A stretch of DNA of 64,000 nt from positions 2,547-66,546 of the forward strand of contig JAFGCB010000029.1 in the NCBI GenBank assembly GCA_016932855.1, in the 5' to 3' direction. The notes under the pieces were generated by a model. The model searched no databases. It was not told the DNA's origin and saw only the letters and a list, made by a program, of their open reading frames with translations. This DNA comes from Candidatus Omnitrophota bacterium. GTDB lineage: Bacteria; Omnitrophota; Gorgyraeia; Duberdicusellales; Duberdicusellaceae. Shown here in pieces: positions 38,000 to 48,295 of the stretch. Position numbers and translations under genes: made by a program. Position 1 is the stretch's first letter. The number at the start of each line of letters is the position of its first letter.

Positions 38000-39271
38000 T
38001 CAGGATATGGATTTTACAAAAAGAGCGGTTAAAAAACCGGCTAAGGTTGACAGGCCCACCACAGCCCCGCCTTGTTCGAATGCTTCAGGAAGCATTGTTT
38101 CGGCAATCATTACAAGCATTGCCCCGGCTGCCATGCCTTCCAGTATTGCAATGCCGTTTAGGTGAAGATTCTGCAAGAATATGTTTCCGATAAAAGCTCC
38201 CAGGGCAGTCATAAGAGTTATAGAGCTCCACATCAAAAGAATCTTAAGCCCTGTATATTTTTGGTTTTTCATGATTACCGAGCTGGACATAGCTTCCGGA
38301 AGATTTGCCAGAAAAACTCCGGCTATAAGAGCCCAGGGAATAACCGTTTCCTTAGTAGCTATACCGATTACCAGGGATTCGGGTATTCCGTCTAAAAGTA
38401 TGCCTAACCAGATCCCTATGCCGGCCTGGCCGCCGGCTTTGGCAGCGTTTTCGATTTCAAGGCTGGTAGGAGTAAGATCCTGGCTTTTCAAAGAAGAGAC
38501 AGCTTCCTCTTTCCATTGCCTGGCTAGCTCCTTCGGTACAACTGATCTTTTACCAAGTTCGTCCCCTCTTTTGATAAGTAAATTTTCAAAGGATTTTTTA
38601 AGCTCCGGCGAGGCTTTAAGAAGTGCATTAAAATCGTTTTTAGAAATAAGAAAAAGAGTAGATTTTTTTGTGGCAATTGCCCGGGCGGTTCTGGGAGCGT
38701 TAGTTAAGAGGGCCATTTCTCCGAAAGTATCACCGCTGGTCCCTCTTGCTATGGATTTACCTTCTTTGAAAATTTCTACCTGGCCTTGGTCAATAATGTA
38801 AAGTGCTTCGGCCGGCGAATTTTCTTTAAAAATAAGCTCATTTTCCTCGAATACCCGTTCCTCAACAAGGGTAGCGAGCTTGGCAATATTTCTTGCCGGT
38901 AAAGCCTGTAATACAGGCACCTCGGCAAGGCGTTGAAGTATTTTCTCCGCTTTTTTTAGTTTCATTCTGGTGAGTTGCCGGATAACTGTCGCTCCTTTAC
39001 GAAAAAAGGCTCCCATGGAATTAAGCCCGTGATTTAGGAGCTCATAAAGTATGCCGCCGAGCAAGCACCCCAGGGCTAAAGGCATAAAGCCCACCAGATG
39101 AAAGGAGTGGGCAACGATTTCTATGGTAAGGGCAAAAAGCAGCGCTCCACCTCCAAAAGCCATAAAAGCCGAGGTGATTTTTGCATTTGGCTTAGCCGCC
39201 AGCCCTATAGCCGAACCTATAGGAAGGGAAACCGCGGAGAGAAAACCTACAAATAAAGCAATCAGGCTCAT
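38000..39271 (-). CDS. ZIP-family metal transporter with inserted cNMP-binding domain
   Basis: MAFGGGALL, LDGIPES, ANLPEA, ETMLPEA; internal FGEMALLTNAPRTA. Confidence 0.9.
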   Translation of the reverse strand: MSLIALFVGFLSAVSLPIGSAIGLAAKPNAKITSAFMAFGGGALLFALTIEIVAHSFHLVGFMPLALGCLLGGILYELLNHGLNSMGAFFRKGATVIRQLTRMKLKKAEKILQRLAEVPVLQALPARNIAKLATLVEERVFEENELIFKENSPAEALYIIDQGQVEIFKEGKSIARGTSGDTFGEMALLTNAPRTARAIATKKSTLFLISKNDFNALLKASPELKKSFENLLIKRGDELGKRSVVPKELARQWKEEAVSSLKSQDLTPTSLEIENAAKAGGQAGIGIWLGILLDGIPESLVIGIATKETVIPWALIAGVFLANLPEAMSSSVIMKNQKYTGLKILLMWSSITLMTALGAFIGNIFLQNLHLNGIAILEGMAAGAMLVMIAETMLPEAFEQGGAVVGLSTLAGFLTALFVKSIS

Positions 39272-39284
39272 ACCAACTCCTTTA

Positions 39285-39860
39285 TTATTTATTTTTGTAT
39301 TTAAGCCCTATATTCCAGGCTTTTGCTAAATGTTCTCCGACTTTGAAGTAGTTGTTGTCGTGCATTGAAAATAGAATTGGTTTAAGCTTTTGTATTTCGG
39401 GTAAGCCCTGGCTTAGGATTTGTTTTTGAGCGTAAGTTTGGATAATTTGTCCTATGAAAATTTCGGCATTACCGCTAAAATTTAAGGTCTCTACTAATTT
39501 GCACTCAAGGTTTAGGGGTGTTTCTTCTATCATCGGCGCTGTCTTTAGTTCGCCGTAGAATACCTTGAATAACTTTGATTTGTCGACTAACTTTCCGGAT
39601 TTTATCCCCACATAATCGGTAAGTTCCAGTAAATCTTCCGAGGGGATATTTACGCTGAATGTCCGGTTTTTCTTTATTCCGGAGTTGGTGTAATGCATTT
39701 TACCTAAGCCTATAGCAATCAGCGGCGGTGCATGCTGGACTATTCCGCAGTAGGCTATGGCAAGAAAGTTTGGTTTTTCGTTTACGTTGGCGCCTACTAT
39801 TGTAGTCGGCATCGGGTAAAGATAAGTGCCCGGGCCGATTTTTTTCTTATTTTCCTGCAT
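39285..39860 (-). CDS. Flavin reductase-like (flavoredoxin) protein
   Basis: YPMPTTIVGA, FSVNIP, APMIEETPLNLEC. Confidence 0.9.
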   Translation of the reverse strand: MQENKKKIGPGTYLYPMPTTIVGANVNEKPNFLAIAYCGIVQHAPPLIAIGLGKMHYTNSGIKKNRTFSVNIPSEDLLELTDYVGIKSGKLVDKSKLFKVFYGELKTAPMIEETPLNLECKLVETLNFSGNAEIFIGQIIQTYAQKQILSQGLPEIQKLKPILFSMHDNNYFKVGEHLAKAWNIGLKYKNK

Positions 39861-39870
39861 TGGGTCGAGC

Positions 39871-40371
39871 TTACCAGTTTTCGTAATGGATGCGTTGCTG
39901 GTTATAGCGGCTTACGGGTTTCATCTCCTGGGCCGGGTGGCCGACCGGGATTATGGAAAAAGGAATGATATTTTCGGGTAGTTTAAATTGTTCTTTTATA
40001 TATTCAATTCTTTCTTTAAGCGGATAGACGCCTAACCAGACAGCGCCCAGGTTAAGTTCGGTTACCTCAAGCAGGATATTCTCGCTTGCCGCAGAGCAGT
40101 CTTGAACCCAGTAGCCCTGATGTTTATCAAGATTTAAATCCCCGCAGACTACAATAGCGCAGGGAGCGTCTTTTACCATTTTCGCGTAAGGGCTGGATTC
40201 GGCTAATTTTTGAAGGCCCCCTTTGTTTTTAATAACAATAAAATGCCAGGGCTGTTCGTTTCCGGCTGAAGGAGCGTTCATAGCGGCTTCTAAGATCTTT
40301 TTTATCAAATCATTACTTACCTCATCGCTTTTATACCTTCGTATACTTCTTCTTTTAAGGATCGCGTCCAC
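39871..40371 (-). CDS. Nitroreductase family protein
   Basis: RRSIRRY, APSAGNEQPWHF, LGAVWLG. Confidence 0.95.
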   Translation of the reverse strand: MDAILKRRSIRRYKSDEVSNDLIKKILEAAMNAPSAGNEQPWHFIVIKNKGGLQKLAESSPYAKMVKDAPCAIVVCGDLNLDKHQGYWVQDCSAASENILLEVTELNLGAVWLGVYPLKERIEYIKEQFKLPENIIPFSIIPVGHPAQEMKPVSRYNQQRIHYENW

Positions 40372-40554
40372 AGTTTACCTCCTCTTTTATGCTCACGAGA
40401 TTGTTGTGTATATTTTACAGTTTTTTAAACTGAATTCAAGCTGATTTACAGAGAGAATTTATCTTTAGCTTGGAATTTGGTAAATTAACCTTGAATTTAC
40501 TGGGGCTTAGGTTAAAATGTTTAACTACATACATTAAATACGGGAAATAAAGAT

Positions 40555-41283
40555 ATGTTTATTTTTATACGCTTATTTCTGGCTCATTTAGTAGGAGATT
40601 TTATTCTTCAATTCGATAATATTTACAGGCTTAAATACCGGGGTCTTACAGGGGTTATTCCTCATGTTTTGCTAATTATGGCCAGCATGGCTGTCTTTTC
40701 CTGGCCTTACCTTGTCCAACCCGGCCTTTGGATTTTTTTAGGTTTTATCGGGATTAGCCACCTTATTCAGGACTGGGTAAAGGCAAACCATATAAATATA
40801 AAAGACAATTTCTGGATTTATTTCCTCGACCAAGTTCTGCATGTCATAGCAATAAGCGTGGTTTTCTTGACCGGTCTTAAGGCTCTTAAGCCGCCCTCTT
40901 ATAATAATATTATAGTTTTGCTCTATAATAACGACTCTCTTTTCATATACGCTATTGCCGCAATTCTGGCCAGCTACAACGGGTTTTATATGGTTACCAA
41001 TTTCAAGAAAAGTTATCTTTCAGTGCAGTGCGCTTGTACGCCATTTGAAAAATGGTACGGTATCCTGGAGAGGTTTTTGATAGTTTCCTTGTTTTTTCTT
41101 GGCGGGGCTTACTTATTTTTTCTTTTAGTACTGGCGGTTTTTAGGCCCATAGCTTTTTCTCTTTTTAGAAAGAAGACGGCAATTGATGGGCGCTTTACAT
41201 CCTTTCGGGAGTTCGTTTTAAGCTGGTCAATCGCTCTTACTATAGGTACGATTCTTCGCTTAACCCTTAATTATCTTACCTAA
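40555..41283 (+). CDS. DUF3307 membrane protein
   Basis: LAHLVGDFILQ, HLIQD, DQVLH, GILER. Confidence 0.85.
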   Translation: MFIFIRLFLAHLVGDFILQFDNIYRLKYRGLTGVIPHVLLIMASMAVFSWPYLVQPGLWIFLGFIGISHLIQDWVKANHINIKDNFWIYFLDQVLHVIAISVVFLTGLKALKPPSYNNIIVLLYNNDSLFIYAIAAILASYNGFYMVTNFKKSYLSVQCACTPFEKWYGILERFLIVSLFFLGGAYLFFLLVLAVFRPIAFSLFRKKTAIDGRFTSFREFVLSWSIALTIGTILRLTLNYLT

Positions 41284-41290
41284 AGTCTTA

Positions 41291-43558
41291 TTATTCTAAG
41301 CCGACTGCTTTATATATAGAAATTGGTTCTGTCTTGCCTTTTACTGAAATAGGCTCAAGTTTTTCGACTTTTACTTCGTCTTTAACCTGTTCGTAGGTAG
41401 AGTTGCTTATAATAATTTCGTTCTTTGCCGCGGCTGAACATAGCCTGGCTGCAAGGTTTACGTTATCCCCTATTACAGTATAATCCATCCGTTTTGAGGA
41501 GCCCATATTTCCTACAACAACATCACCGCTGTTTATGCCGATTCCTATCTGCAGGGGAGTTTTACCTTCTTCTATCCACTTGACTTGAAGTTTTTTTAGT
41601 TCCTCTTGCATTTCAATAGCTGTACGCACGGCCATAACCGCGTGATTTCTGATGTGCAGTTCGCTGGGGGCTCCCCAGAAAGCCATAAGTTCGTCTCCCA
41701 CAAATTTATCTAAGGTTCCGTTGTATTTAAAGACTACGTTTACCAGATTGTCAAGAATTTCATTGAGCATTGCTACGACTTCCTCCGGCTGATGGGATTC
41801 GGAAAAGCTGGTAAATCCTCTTACATCGGCGAAGAGAATGCTTAAGCTGCGTTTTTGCCCGCCTAATTTAAGCTTGGAGGGGTCGTTTATTAATTCATTT
41901 ATTACTTCCTGGGAAAGGTAGAAGCTGAAGGCTTGCTTTATCCAGAGTTTTTCTCTTTCTTCGGTAAAATAGCGAAAACCTATAATTCCGGAGAATCCGA
42001 AAATAACTATTCCTAAAGGTCCGACCAAATCTACCCAGAGCCCCAGTTTAGCAAAGGCCAGAAGAATCGACAGAAAATAACCACCGGCGTAAAAAATCGA
42101 GAGAATCAGGCTCCTCCATAGCCCCAGTAAAGCGCAGAGGCCGATAATCAGGGCAGTAAGAAAAAAAACAGCAGTATTTAAAAAGAAAGGAGCTTTAAAG
42201 AGGAATTTTTCAGTGAGGATTGTATTAATTAAGTTTGAGTGGGTCCCGACCATGGGGTAGCCGGTCTGCAGCGGAATAGGCGCTAAATCCTGGGTTCCGG
42301 TTGCGGTAAGGCCGACGATGCACACTTTGTCTTTTACCATTCCTGTAAGTTTCTCTTTTAGCTTGAGCTCTGAGTTTTTGAGGTAGTTAATTTCGGATTG
42401 GTTTAGGCCGGATTTTTCTTTTTCGCCGGCTATATAGGAGGATAATCGAGCCCTTATATCGTTAAGCTGTATTATAGAAGCGTAAGGCAGGTGCTTGAAG
42501 CAATCGCCCCAGCGGCCGGACCAGTTTACAAGCATGCAGCCCTGGCTGTCTACCGGTATTGCTATATCTTTAATCCCGGAATCCAAGCTTGCTTTCTTAA
42601 GCACCACTCTATCAGGTTTAAAGTCTACTTTCTCCACAGCCAATAGGTCCATAAGGGCTGAAATTGAAAGCTGGGGCAGTATGCTTTCTTGCTGCTTTAC
42701 AAAGAGGGGCACTCTGCGCATGACTCCGTCCAGGTCAGCGTCAGCGTTAACAAACCCGCTTCCAGCCAGAACGTTTGCGTATTTTTCGATAGGAGGAACA
42801 AGGCGGTCGTATCGTTTTGTGTAGGGCCAGGAGTCAGAGGAATATTTTTTTGCGAATTTTTTAATAAAAGACAAGGCTAGTTTATAGCTTTGGATATTTT
42901 CTCTTACATAGCTTTCTTCCTCGGCAAATAGGTACCAGTTTTTTTCCTCTTCTAGGCTGGTTAGAAGTTCTTCCAGGGATATATTAGGCTTTTCGAAAAC
43001 CGCTTCTTCTATGGCTTTATCCATGAGGTAGTGTTTTGTTGCAAGGAATTTTTCTTCAAGTACCCGGGGGCTTACCTTAAGAGAGCTTGCTGCCTCTTCC
43101 AGGGACATGGTGATATCATTTTTTAAGAGCATTTCCAGTTCTTTAAAAGATTGAGTTTGTCTTTCGGCAAAGTAAAAAGCAAGATAAGTTTTTTCTGAAT
43201 TTGATATTGCTTCTTTAAAAAGTTCATCGTCCTGGATTTTTTCGCTTAACGTTTCGGTAAAAAGAATATCCATAATAATCTGTTTGGCCCCGCATTCAGT
43301 AAGAATATTAACTAAATCGGCATGGTATCTTCGCGGCCAGGGCCATCTGCCGAGTTTTGCAAGGCTGACATCATCTATATCAATATGGATTAGGGGCGTT
43401 TTTGGTTTATTCCGGGGGCTTAAGGTAAAGCGTAAATCAAGGGCTTTAAGTTCAAGAATTTGGTAGGTTTTCGTAGGGCAAAGCAAAAGGAAGATAATAC
43501 TTAAGAGGAAGGTTATGGTCCAGCCGACAATTAATTTTTTCAGATTTTTTTTCTGCAC
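41291..43558 (-). CDS. CHASE2-domain class III adenylate cyclase
   Basis: GRWPWPR, DLDGVMRR, 3 TMs, FADVRGFT, DKFVGD (Lys), DYTVIGDNVNLAARL (Thr), consistent with ATP specificity. Confidence 0.95.
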   Translation of the reverse strand: MQKKNLKKLIVGWTITFLLSIIFLLLCPTKTYQILELKALDLRFTLSPRNKPKTPLIHIDIDDVSLAKLGRWPWPRRYHADLVNILTECGAKQIIMDILFTETLSEKIQDDELFKEAISNSEKTYLAFYFAERQTQSFKELEMLLKNDITMSLEEAASSLKVSPRVLEEKFLATKHYLMDKAIEEAVFEKPNISLEELLTSLEEEKNWYLFAEEESYVRENIQSYKLALSFIKKFAKKYSSDSWPYTKRYDRLVPPIEKYANVLAGSGFVNADADLDGVMRRVPLFVKQQESILPQLSISALMDLLAVEKVDFKPDRVVLKKASLDSGIKDIAIPVDSQGCMLVNWSGRWGDCFKHLPYASIIQLNDIRARLSSYIAGEKEKSGLNQSEINYLKNSELKLKEKLTGMVKDKVCIVGLTATGTQDLAPIPLQTGYPMVGTHSNLINTILTEKFLFKAPFFLNTAVFFLTALIIGLCALLGLWRSLILSIFYAGGYFLSILLAFAKLGLWVDLVGPLGIVIFGFSGIIGFRYFTEEREKLWIKQAFSFYLSQEVINELINDPSKLKLGGQKRSLSILFADVRGFTSFSESHQPEEVVAMLNEILDNLVNVVFKYNGTLDKFVGDELMAFWGAPSELHIRNHAVMAVRTAIEMQEELKKLQVKWIEEGKTPLQIGIGINSGDVVVGNMGSSKRMDYTVIGDNVNLAARLCSAAAKNEIIISNSTYEQVKDEVKVEKLEPISVKGKTEPISIYKAVGLE

Positions 43559-43711
43559 AATCTTGCGAAGGTGATTTTATTATTGAGTCTGAGTCTGCTT
43601 AGGGTTGTAAGCAAATAGCACCGCGTTGATCAGAAAAAAATAAAATGAGGAAATAATCTCTGTAAACGCTCTTATGTTTTTAGCTTTAGAGAAGACTTTT
43701 TAAGGCCCCGG

Positions 43712-44713
43712 CTAGAAGGTGTAATAGGCGCTCAAGGAACACATTGAGCCGGAATATCTTGCCAGGGGTTCGTTTGACCAATTTTGCCGATAGGAGTAGT
43801 TCAATCCGATGGTAAAATTTTCGGTCAGGTTGTAATAGAGCCCGGCAGAGCCTGTATAGGTTCTGTCCCATTCTGCGCTTCCCGGATCCAGAGCCAGAGT
43901 ACGGTCGCAGTAACTGCGGAATCTTCTTGAAAAAGATAAATAGCCAAACAAATCTTCGCTGAAAAGGTGGGTTAAGGATGCGGTTGTGTTGTAGTTATGG
44001 TAGTCATAGAAGTGTACGAAAAGGTCATTAGAATTATTATAGTAATATTCAAAAGTAAGTTTTAATAAATCGTTGGTGAAGAATTTTCCTAGTTCATAAG
44101 TGGCGGTTTGCCTTAAGTCTTCCCGGACGTCGTCGGCGAGAGCGCCGAAGAAATCCCTTGCTTTTCTTTCTTCATAAAACCTGAACATAAGCTCATATCC
44201 CAAGCTGTGGTAGAAATTGTCGGGAAGGTCATGTTTGCATTTAAACTCAATACTGTGATCATAAAAATCATCAATATCGGTATCGAAGTAGCTGGTTATC
44301 CCAAAGCGGTAATTGGTCATAAAGGCTACATCTTCTTTCATGTCAACTTCCAGCCCTGCCCGTATTTCATTACGCATTAGGCTAAGTTCATCAGCATCGT
44401 AATAGTGAAAATTCATAATTTGGTGTTCAAGTATCCCGTCGGTTTTTTTATTTATAGCAGTGGTAAGCCGGCTTCTTAGGAAGACTTGGGTAAAGCCGTC
44501 TCTTTTACGTTCAGGATTAAGCCGGGCGTTGTTGTCGTATCCTTGAGTAAGGCCAAGGGTAAAATCATAGTCGCCCTCGGTAAAGAAGAGACCGATTTTA
44601 TCAAAGTAGTAGGGAGTATCGGAATAGGCCGGGACATCCCTTTCTTTAGCGAAACAGGAAAAGCAGAATAAGAACATAAGGAAAACCACGAAAAAACTCT
44701 TAAATTTGTTCAT
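43712..44713 (-). CDS. Outer-membrane beta-barrel protein
   Basis: Start MNKF at 44713 with AAGGAGG; signal peptide, GYDNN, aromatic-rich alternating strands, terminal YYTF. Confidence 0.8.
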   Translation of the reverse strand: MNKFKSFFVVFLMFLFCFSCFAKERDVPAYSDTPYYFDKIGLFFTEGDYDFTLGLTQGYDNNARLNPERKRDGFTQVFLRSRLTTAINKKTDGILEHQIMNFHYYDADELSLMRNEIRAGLEVDMKEDVAFMTNYRFGITSYFDTDIDDFYDHSIEFKCKHDLPDNFYHSLGYELMFRFYEERKARDFFGALADDVREDLRQTATYELGKFFTNDLLKLTFEYYYNNSNDLFVHFYDYHNYNTTASLTHLFSEDLFGYLSFSRRFRSYCDRTLALDPGSAEWDRTYTGSAGLYYNLTENFTIGLNYSYRQNWSNEPLARYSGSMCSLSAYYTF

Positions 44714-44808
44714 TATGCCTCCTTGTATATTGTAGCACAAGACCTTTTTTAGTCTTTTTAGCACTACCGTACTTAAAATCTAAAGAATTTCAAAAGATTC
44801 TAACTTAC

Positions 44809-45597
44809 CTAAGGCATGCTGTCGGTGCAGCCAATCGACTCTTCTTGCTTTAGCTCGTCAGTTAAGTCTTTAATCTCGTCAAGATCCTTTATTTTTTCCT
44901 GTACGTCATTTGCCTTTTTGAATTTATCGGACCGGCCGGCTTTCTTATCTTTTCTTGGTTTCTGTTTGGTCCGTTCGGTTACTTCTTCTTTAACGTCATT
45001 CCAGCGGTTCATTTCTCTATCGGTAAGGCCCATTAGTTCGCTGGGCCGTTTAAAGCGTTCAATCATAGTCTTGAATCCTTCATTGAGAATAATTTCTGTT
45101 ATGAGGTTTTTAGCTTCATCAAAAGCTTTTACAAAGACAGAATCTTCATAGCAGGCTACTTCATCTTGGTTTTCCTGGCTGTCTACGCTCCAGCCTGTTC
45201 CTCTGACTCCGGCTACCGCGCTGGGCGTGGAAACTTCGAAAGTAAGGCCTGATTGCACGGTCGCTATATCGGCGTAGATTTTACCGTGCGAAAGATCGAG
45301 CCGGTTAATCTGGCCCGGGGAGGTAGAATCAAGAAGGAGAAGTGTTTTTTCCTCTAGCCGGATAAGGTTTCTTTTGCCGTCGTCAACAGCGATGTCGGCT
45401 TTTGAATTTCTGGCTGTTCGTACGCTGTCCCCGATATCAAGAGGCATGCCGGTTTTTGCTCTTTTCCACACACCTTCTTTAGAATATTGCAGTTCGACAT
45501 TTCCCTTAGTGTAGACGATTTCGGCTGCTTTTAATGTGGCAATAAAGAAAAGCCCGATAAAAAGCACCATTAGAAGGACTAGAAAACTTTTTTTCAT
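44809..45597 (-). CDS. FecR-domain secreted protein
   Basis: GDSVRTARNSKA, FEVSTPSAVAGVRGT. Confidence 0.9.
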   Translation of the reverse strand: MKKSFLVLLMVLFIGLFFIATLKAAEIVYTKGNVELQYSKEGVWKRAKTGMPLDIGDSVRTARNSKADIAVDDGKRNLIRLEEKTLLLLDSTSPGQINRLDLSHGKIYADIATVQSGLTFEVSTPSAVAGVRGTGWSVDSQENQDEVACYEDSVFVKAFDEAKNLITEIILNEGFKTMIERFKRPSELMGLTDREMNRWNDVKEEVTERTKQKPRKDKKAGRSDKFKKANDVQEKIKDLDEIKDLTDELKQEESIGCTDSMP

Positions 45598-45746
45598 GAT
45601 TCTGTCTCCTTTTTTGCTATGCCGAATTTAAATATTATACCCTGTCCAGGTTTGGGTATGTACTAAGTCTATGATATAAAACAAGTTTTTGTCTGTCAAC
45701 AAAAAAAACCAAAAAATATGAAGGTTTTTTAAACCTCCGGATGCGT

Positions 45747-46421
45747 TCAGTCTTTATTATTGATTTTAGACGAAAAGTAATTGATAAAAAGAAGGATAAA
45801 TAATATAAAAATAATCAGCTGAAATATTACTACCACTTGGCCCAGGCCGGGCTTGGGGTAATATTCACCGAATCCCAGAGTAGTGTTGGTGACAAAGCTG
45901 AAATATACGACCGAAAGCGCAGGCAGTTTTTCATTTAAAAGGTCAAGGCCTAAATAGATGATTGAAAAATCCAAAACCACCTCGATATAATTTAGAAAAA
46001 GAAATAGTAACGAGCGCCTGTATGATAGGGTAGCCGGATAGACGTCAGACAAAAATATTAAACTTAAGATATTAAATATCGTTTCACTCAGCAAATAGAC
46101 GATAAGGATGATTGCGACAGGGTAGCGGTACAGGCCTGACGCGATTACAAAAACCGGCAAAAATAATTTAAGTATAATGTAAAATTCGACAGAAAGTTTT
46201 CTTGCAAGGCTTGAGAACTTGCCGGATATGTTTTTTACCAGCAGAGTCGGGTAGATAAAGTGGATGAGGCACAAAAATATGCGAAATATTCTCTCAAGGC
46301 CGTAGGTTTTGTCGTTCCAAATTTCTTTTAAGGAGCGCAACTGCTGAGTATAGGCGTTTATAGTTTTTTCGTTGCTTAGGGCCTCATATGATACGATTAT
46401 TTTTTTAAAGAATTTAAGCAT
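45747..46421 (-). CDS. Ion channel (K+ channel pore-like) protein
   Basis: YFSFVTNTTLGFGE pore/filter-like motif, several TMs. Confidence 0.8.
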   Translation of the reverse strand: MLKFFKKIIVSYEALSNEKTINAYTQQLRSLKEIWNDKTYGLERIFRIFLCLIHFIYPTLLVKNISGKFSSLARKLSVEFYIILKLFLPVFVIASGLYRYPVAIILIVYLLSETIFNILSLIFLSDVYPATLSYRRSLLFLFLNYIEVVLDFSIIYLGLDLLNEKLPALSVVYFSFVTNTTLGFGEYYPKPGLGQVVVIFQLIIFILFILLFINYFSSKINNKD

Positions 46422-46470
46422 TTTTCCCCCCGCTGTTTACGATCTTTAGAAATCAGCGATTATTGCGTCT

Positions 46471-48216
46471 TTAAAAATGAAAGTCGTACATGACTTGAAC
46501 CCAGTTATGCTTTCGTTTATTGTCGGAAGGAGGCGCGCCCAAAGGCCAGCCGATATCATATCTTATACTAAAGTCGTTTATTTTAAAACGGAAACCGCAC
46601 CCGGCAGATTTTAAATTCGCTCTTCTTGCCTCATTGTTTCTGGGTTTTCTTACCCAAACATAGCCATAGTCATAAATTGCAAAAAGCTGCAAGGCTTTAT
46701 GCCATTTTGTCTCGGTAAAAGGAACATTCCAATTTTTCGGGATGATATAGGGCGGAAATAATAAACCTGCATTCACGCTGCAACCCGAATCTCCCAACAG
46801 CTCGGCCCGGGGGTAACCCCGGTTATCAGAGATGCCGTGCACACCGCCGATGCTGAACCTGTTAGCGCCGGGTAGGACATCGGTAGAGATCTCAAATTGG
46901 GGCTTCAGCAGAAGTTGAAGGTCGCCAAAGAGTTTTTGTCTGCGGGCTATGTATATACGATTATATACCCAATTACCGGTCATGCCAGGCATGCAGGCGC
47001 GTTCATCGATATCATGGCGTAAGCCTTGCCAGATATCCGGGATACTGATCTCCATATCGCTGGAAATAATCGTACGTCCATAATCATCAGTCGTATCAAA
47101 ATTGAAATGCGAGTATACGGCGCGTACTCTTTCCCGGCACATATACTCACGCATTACAAACATATTAACATCTTTATATATAAAACCCAAAGCAGCGCTG
47201 AGGTCGGTTTTCTCTTCTTCGATAAAGTGGTAATGAAGAAGAAACCAGGTTTTATAACTCCTTTTCTCCATAAGGAATAGTCTTTTTTTTCCGCAGTAAT
47301 GTTCTTCTTTAACCAAACCATAAAAATCAAATTTCAACCTTTCGCCTATAGGCAGGGTATAGTACATAATTGCTATATCTTGGTCTCGTGAAGGCCCCCT
47401 GCGATAATCGTAGAAAATTAAGGAATCATCGTGTCCGGTGAAATTATTATGCATGCCGACTAGCCTGTAGCGCCTGTATTCTGTGCTGGGGGAGTTATAA
47501 TTATTGAATTCATATATAAGATGTATGGGTAGGCGGTCTTTTACTTTAAGGACAATATCGGTAAATCCCGGCTTTTGTCCGGGTTTAACTATTACTTTTA
47601 TCTTTCGGTCAGGATGTTTGTTGAGTTTATGTATGTATTTGCGCAATATATGACCGTTGAAGGGGTCCGCTTCTTTTAAGCCAATCCTTTCCCTGATAAA
47701 ATCTTCTTTAAAATGTTTGTTGCCTTCTATCGTTATTTCTCCTACAAATCCTTCTCGGACCTTGAGTTCCAACTCCTCTTTATCAAATTCCTGTATGGGG
47801 ACAAATGCCCGGGATGTAGGATAGCCTTCTTTATAATAGAGATTTGAAATCTGGTCGGCAATTTCCTGCATTTGTTTTAAGGAAAGTTCTTTATTTTCAT
47901 AGGGCTTAGTAATTTCTCTGACTTCTTCTTGGGAGATAAAAGTTACACCCTTTACGTTAATTCTTTTGATGAAGATTCTTTCTCCGGGAAGCGAAGGAAG
48001 TTTCTCTTCTTCTTTTACAATCTGCTCGATTACTATTTCAGCAGGCGTTGGTTCTCTTTCTTGGAGTTTCTTTTCCATCTCAATAGCCATCTGGGATTCG
48101 TCGTCACCAAACTGAGCAATAAGCGATATAGGCCGACAGATAAGGAAATTTAAAAAGACCAGAACAAAGACTAATTTTTTAATTATATTTGTGCTATTTG
48201 TGGCAAACATAACCAT
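46471..48216 (-). CDS. ShlB/FhaC/HecB (TpsB-like) outer-membrane transporter
   Basis: POTRA (YYKEGYPTSRAFVP), FSIGG..NRGY motif, terminal F. Confidence 0.88.
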   Translation of the reverse strand: MVMFATNSTNIIKKLVFVLVFLNFLICRPISLIAQFGDDESQMAIEMEKKLQEREPTPAEIVIEQIVKEEEKLPSLPGERIFIKRINVKGVTFISQEEVREITKPYENKELSLKQMQEIADQISNLYYKEGYPTSRAFVPIQEFDKEELELKVREGFVGEITIEGNKHFKEDFIRERIGLKEADPFNGHILRKYIHKLNKHPDRKIKVIVKPGQKPGFTDIVLKVKDRLPIHLIYEFNNYNSPSTEYRRYRLVGMHNNFTGHDDSLIFYDYRRGPSRDQDIAIMYYTLPIGERLKFDFYGLVKEEHYCGKKRLFLMEKRSYKTWFLLHYHFIEEEKTDLSAALGFIYKDVNMFVMREYMCRERVRAVYSHFNFDTTDDYGRTIISSDMEISIPDIWQGLRHDIDERACMPGMTGNWVYNRIYIARRQKLFGDLQLLLKPQFEISTDVLPGANRFSIGGVHGISDNRGYPRAELLGDSGCSVNAGLLFPPYIIPKNWNVPFTETKWHKALQLFAIYDYGYVWVRKPRNNEARRANLKSAGCGFRFKINDFSIRYDIGWPLGAPPSDNKRKHNWVQVMYDFHF

Positions 48217-48295
48217 ATTTTCTTTTTCGAAACCTTAAACCGGACAACGCTTTCAAAAGTTGAAAGTTCTTTAGGTTTAAGATATCATTTTTATT

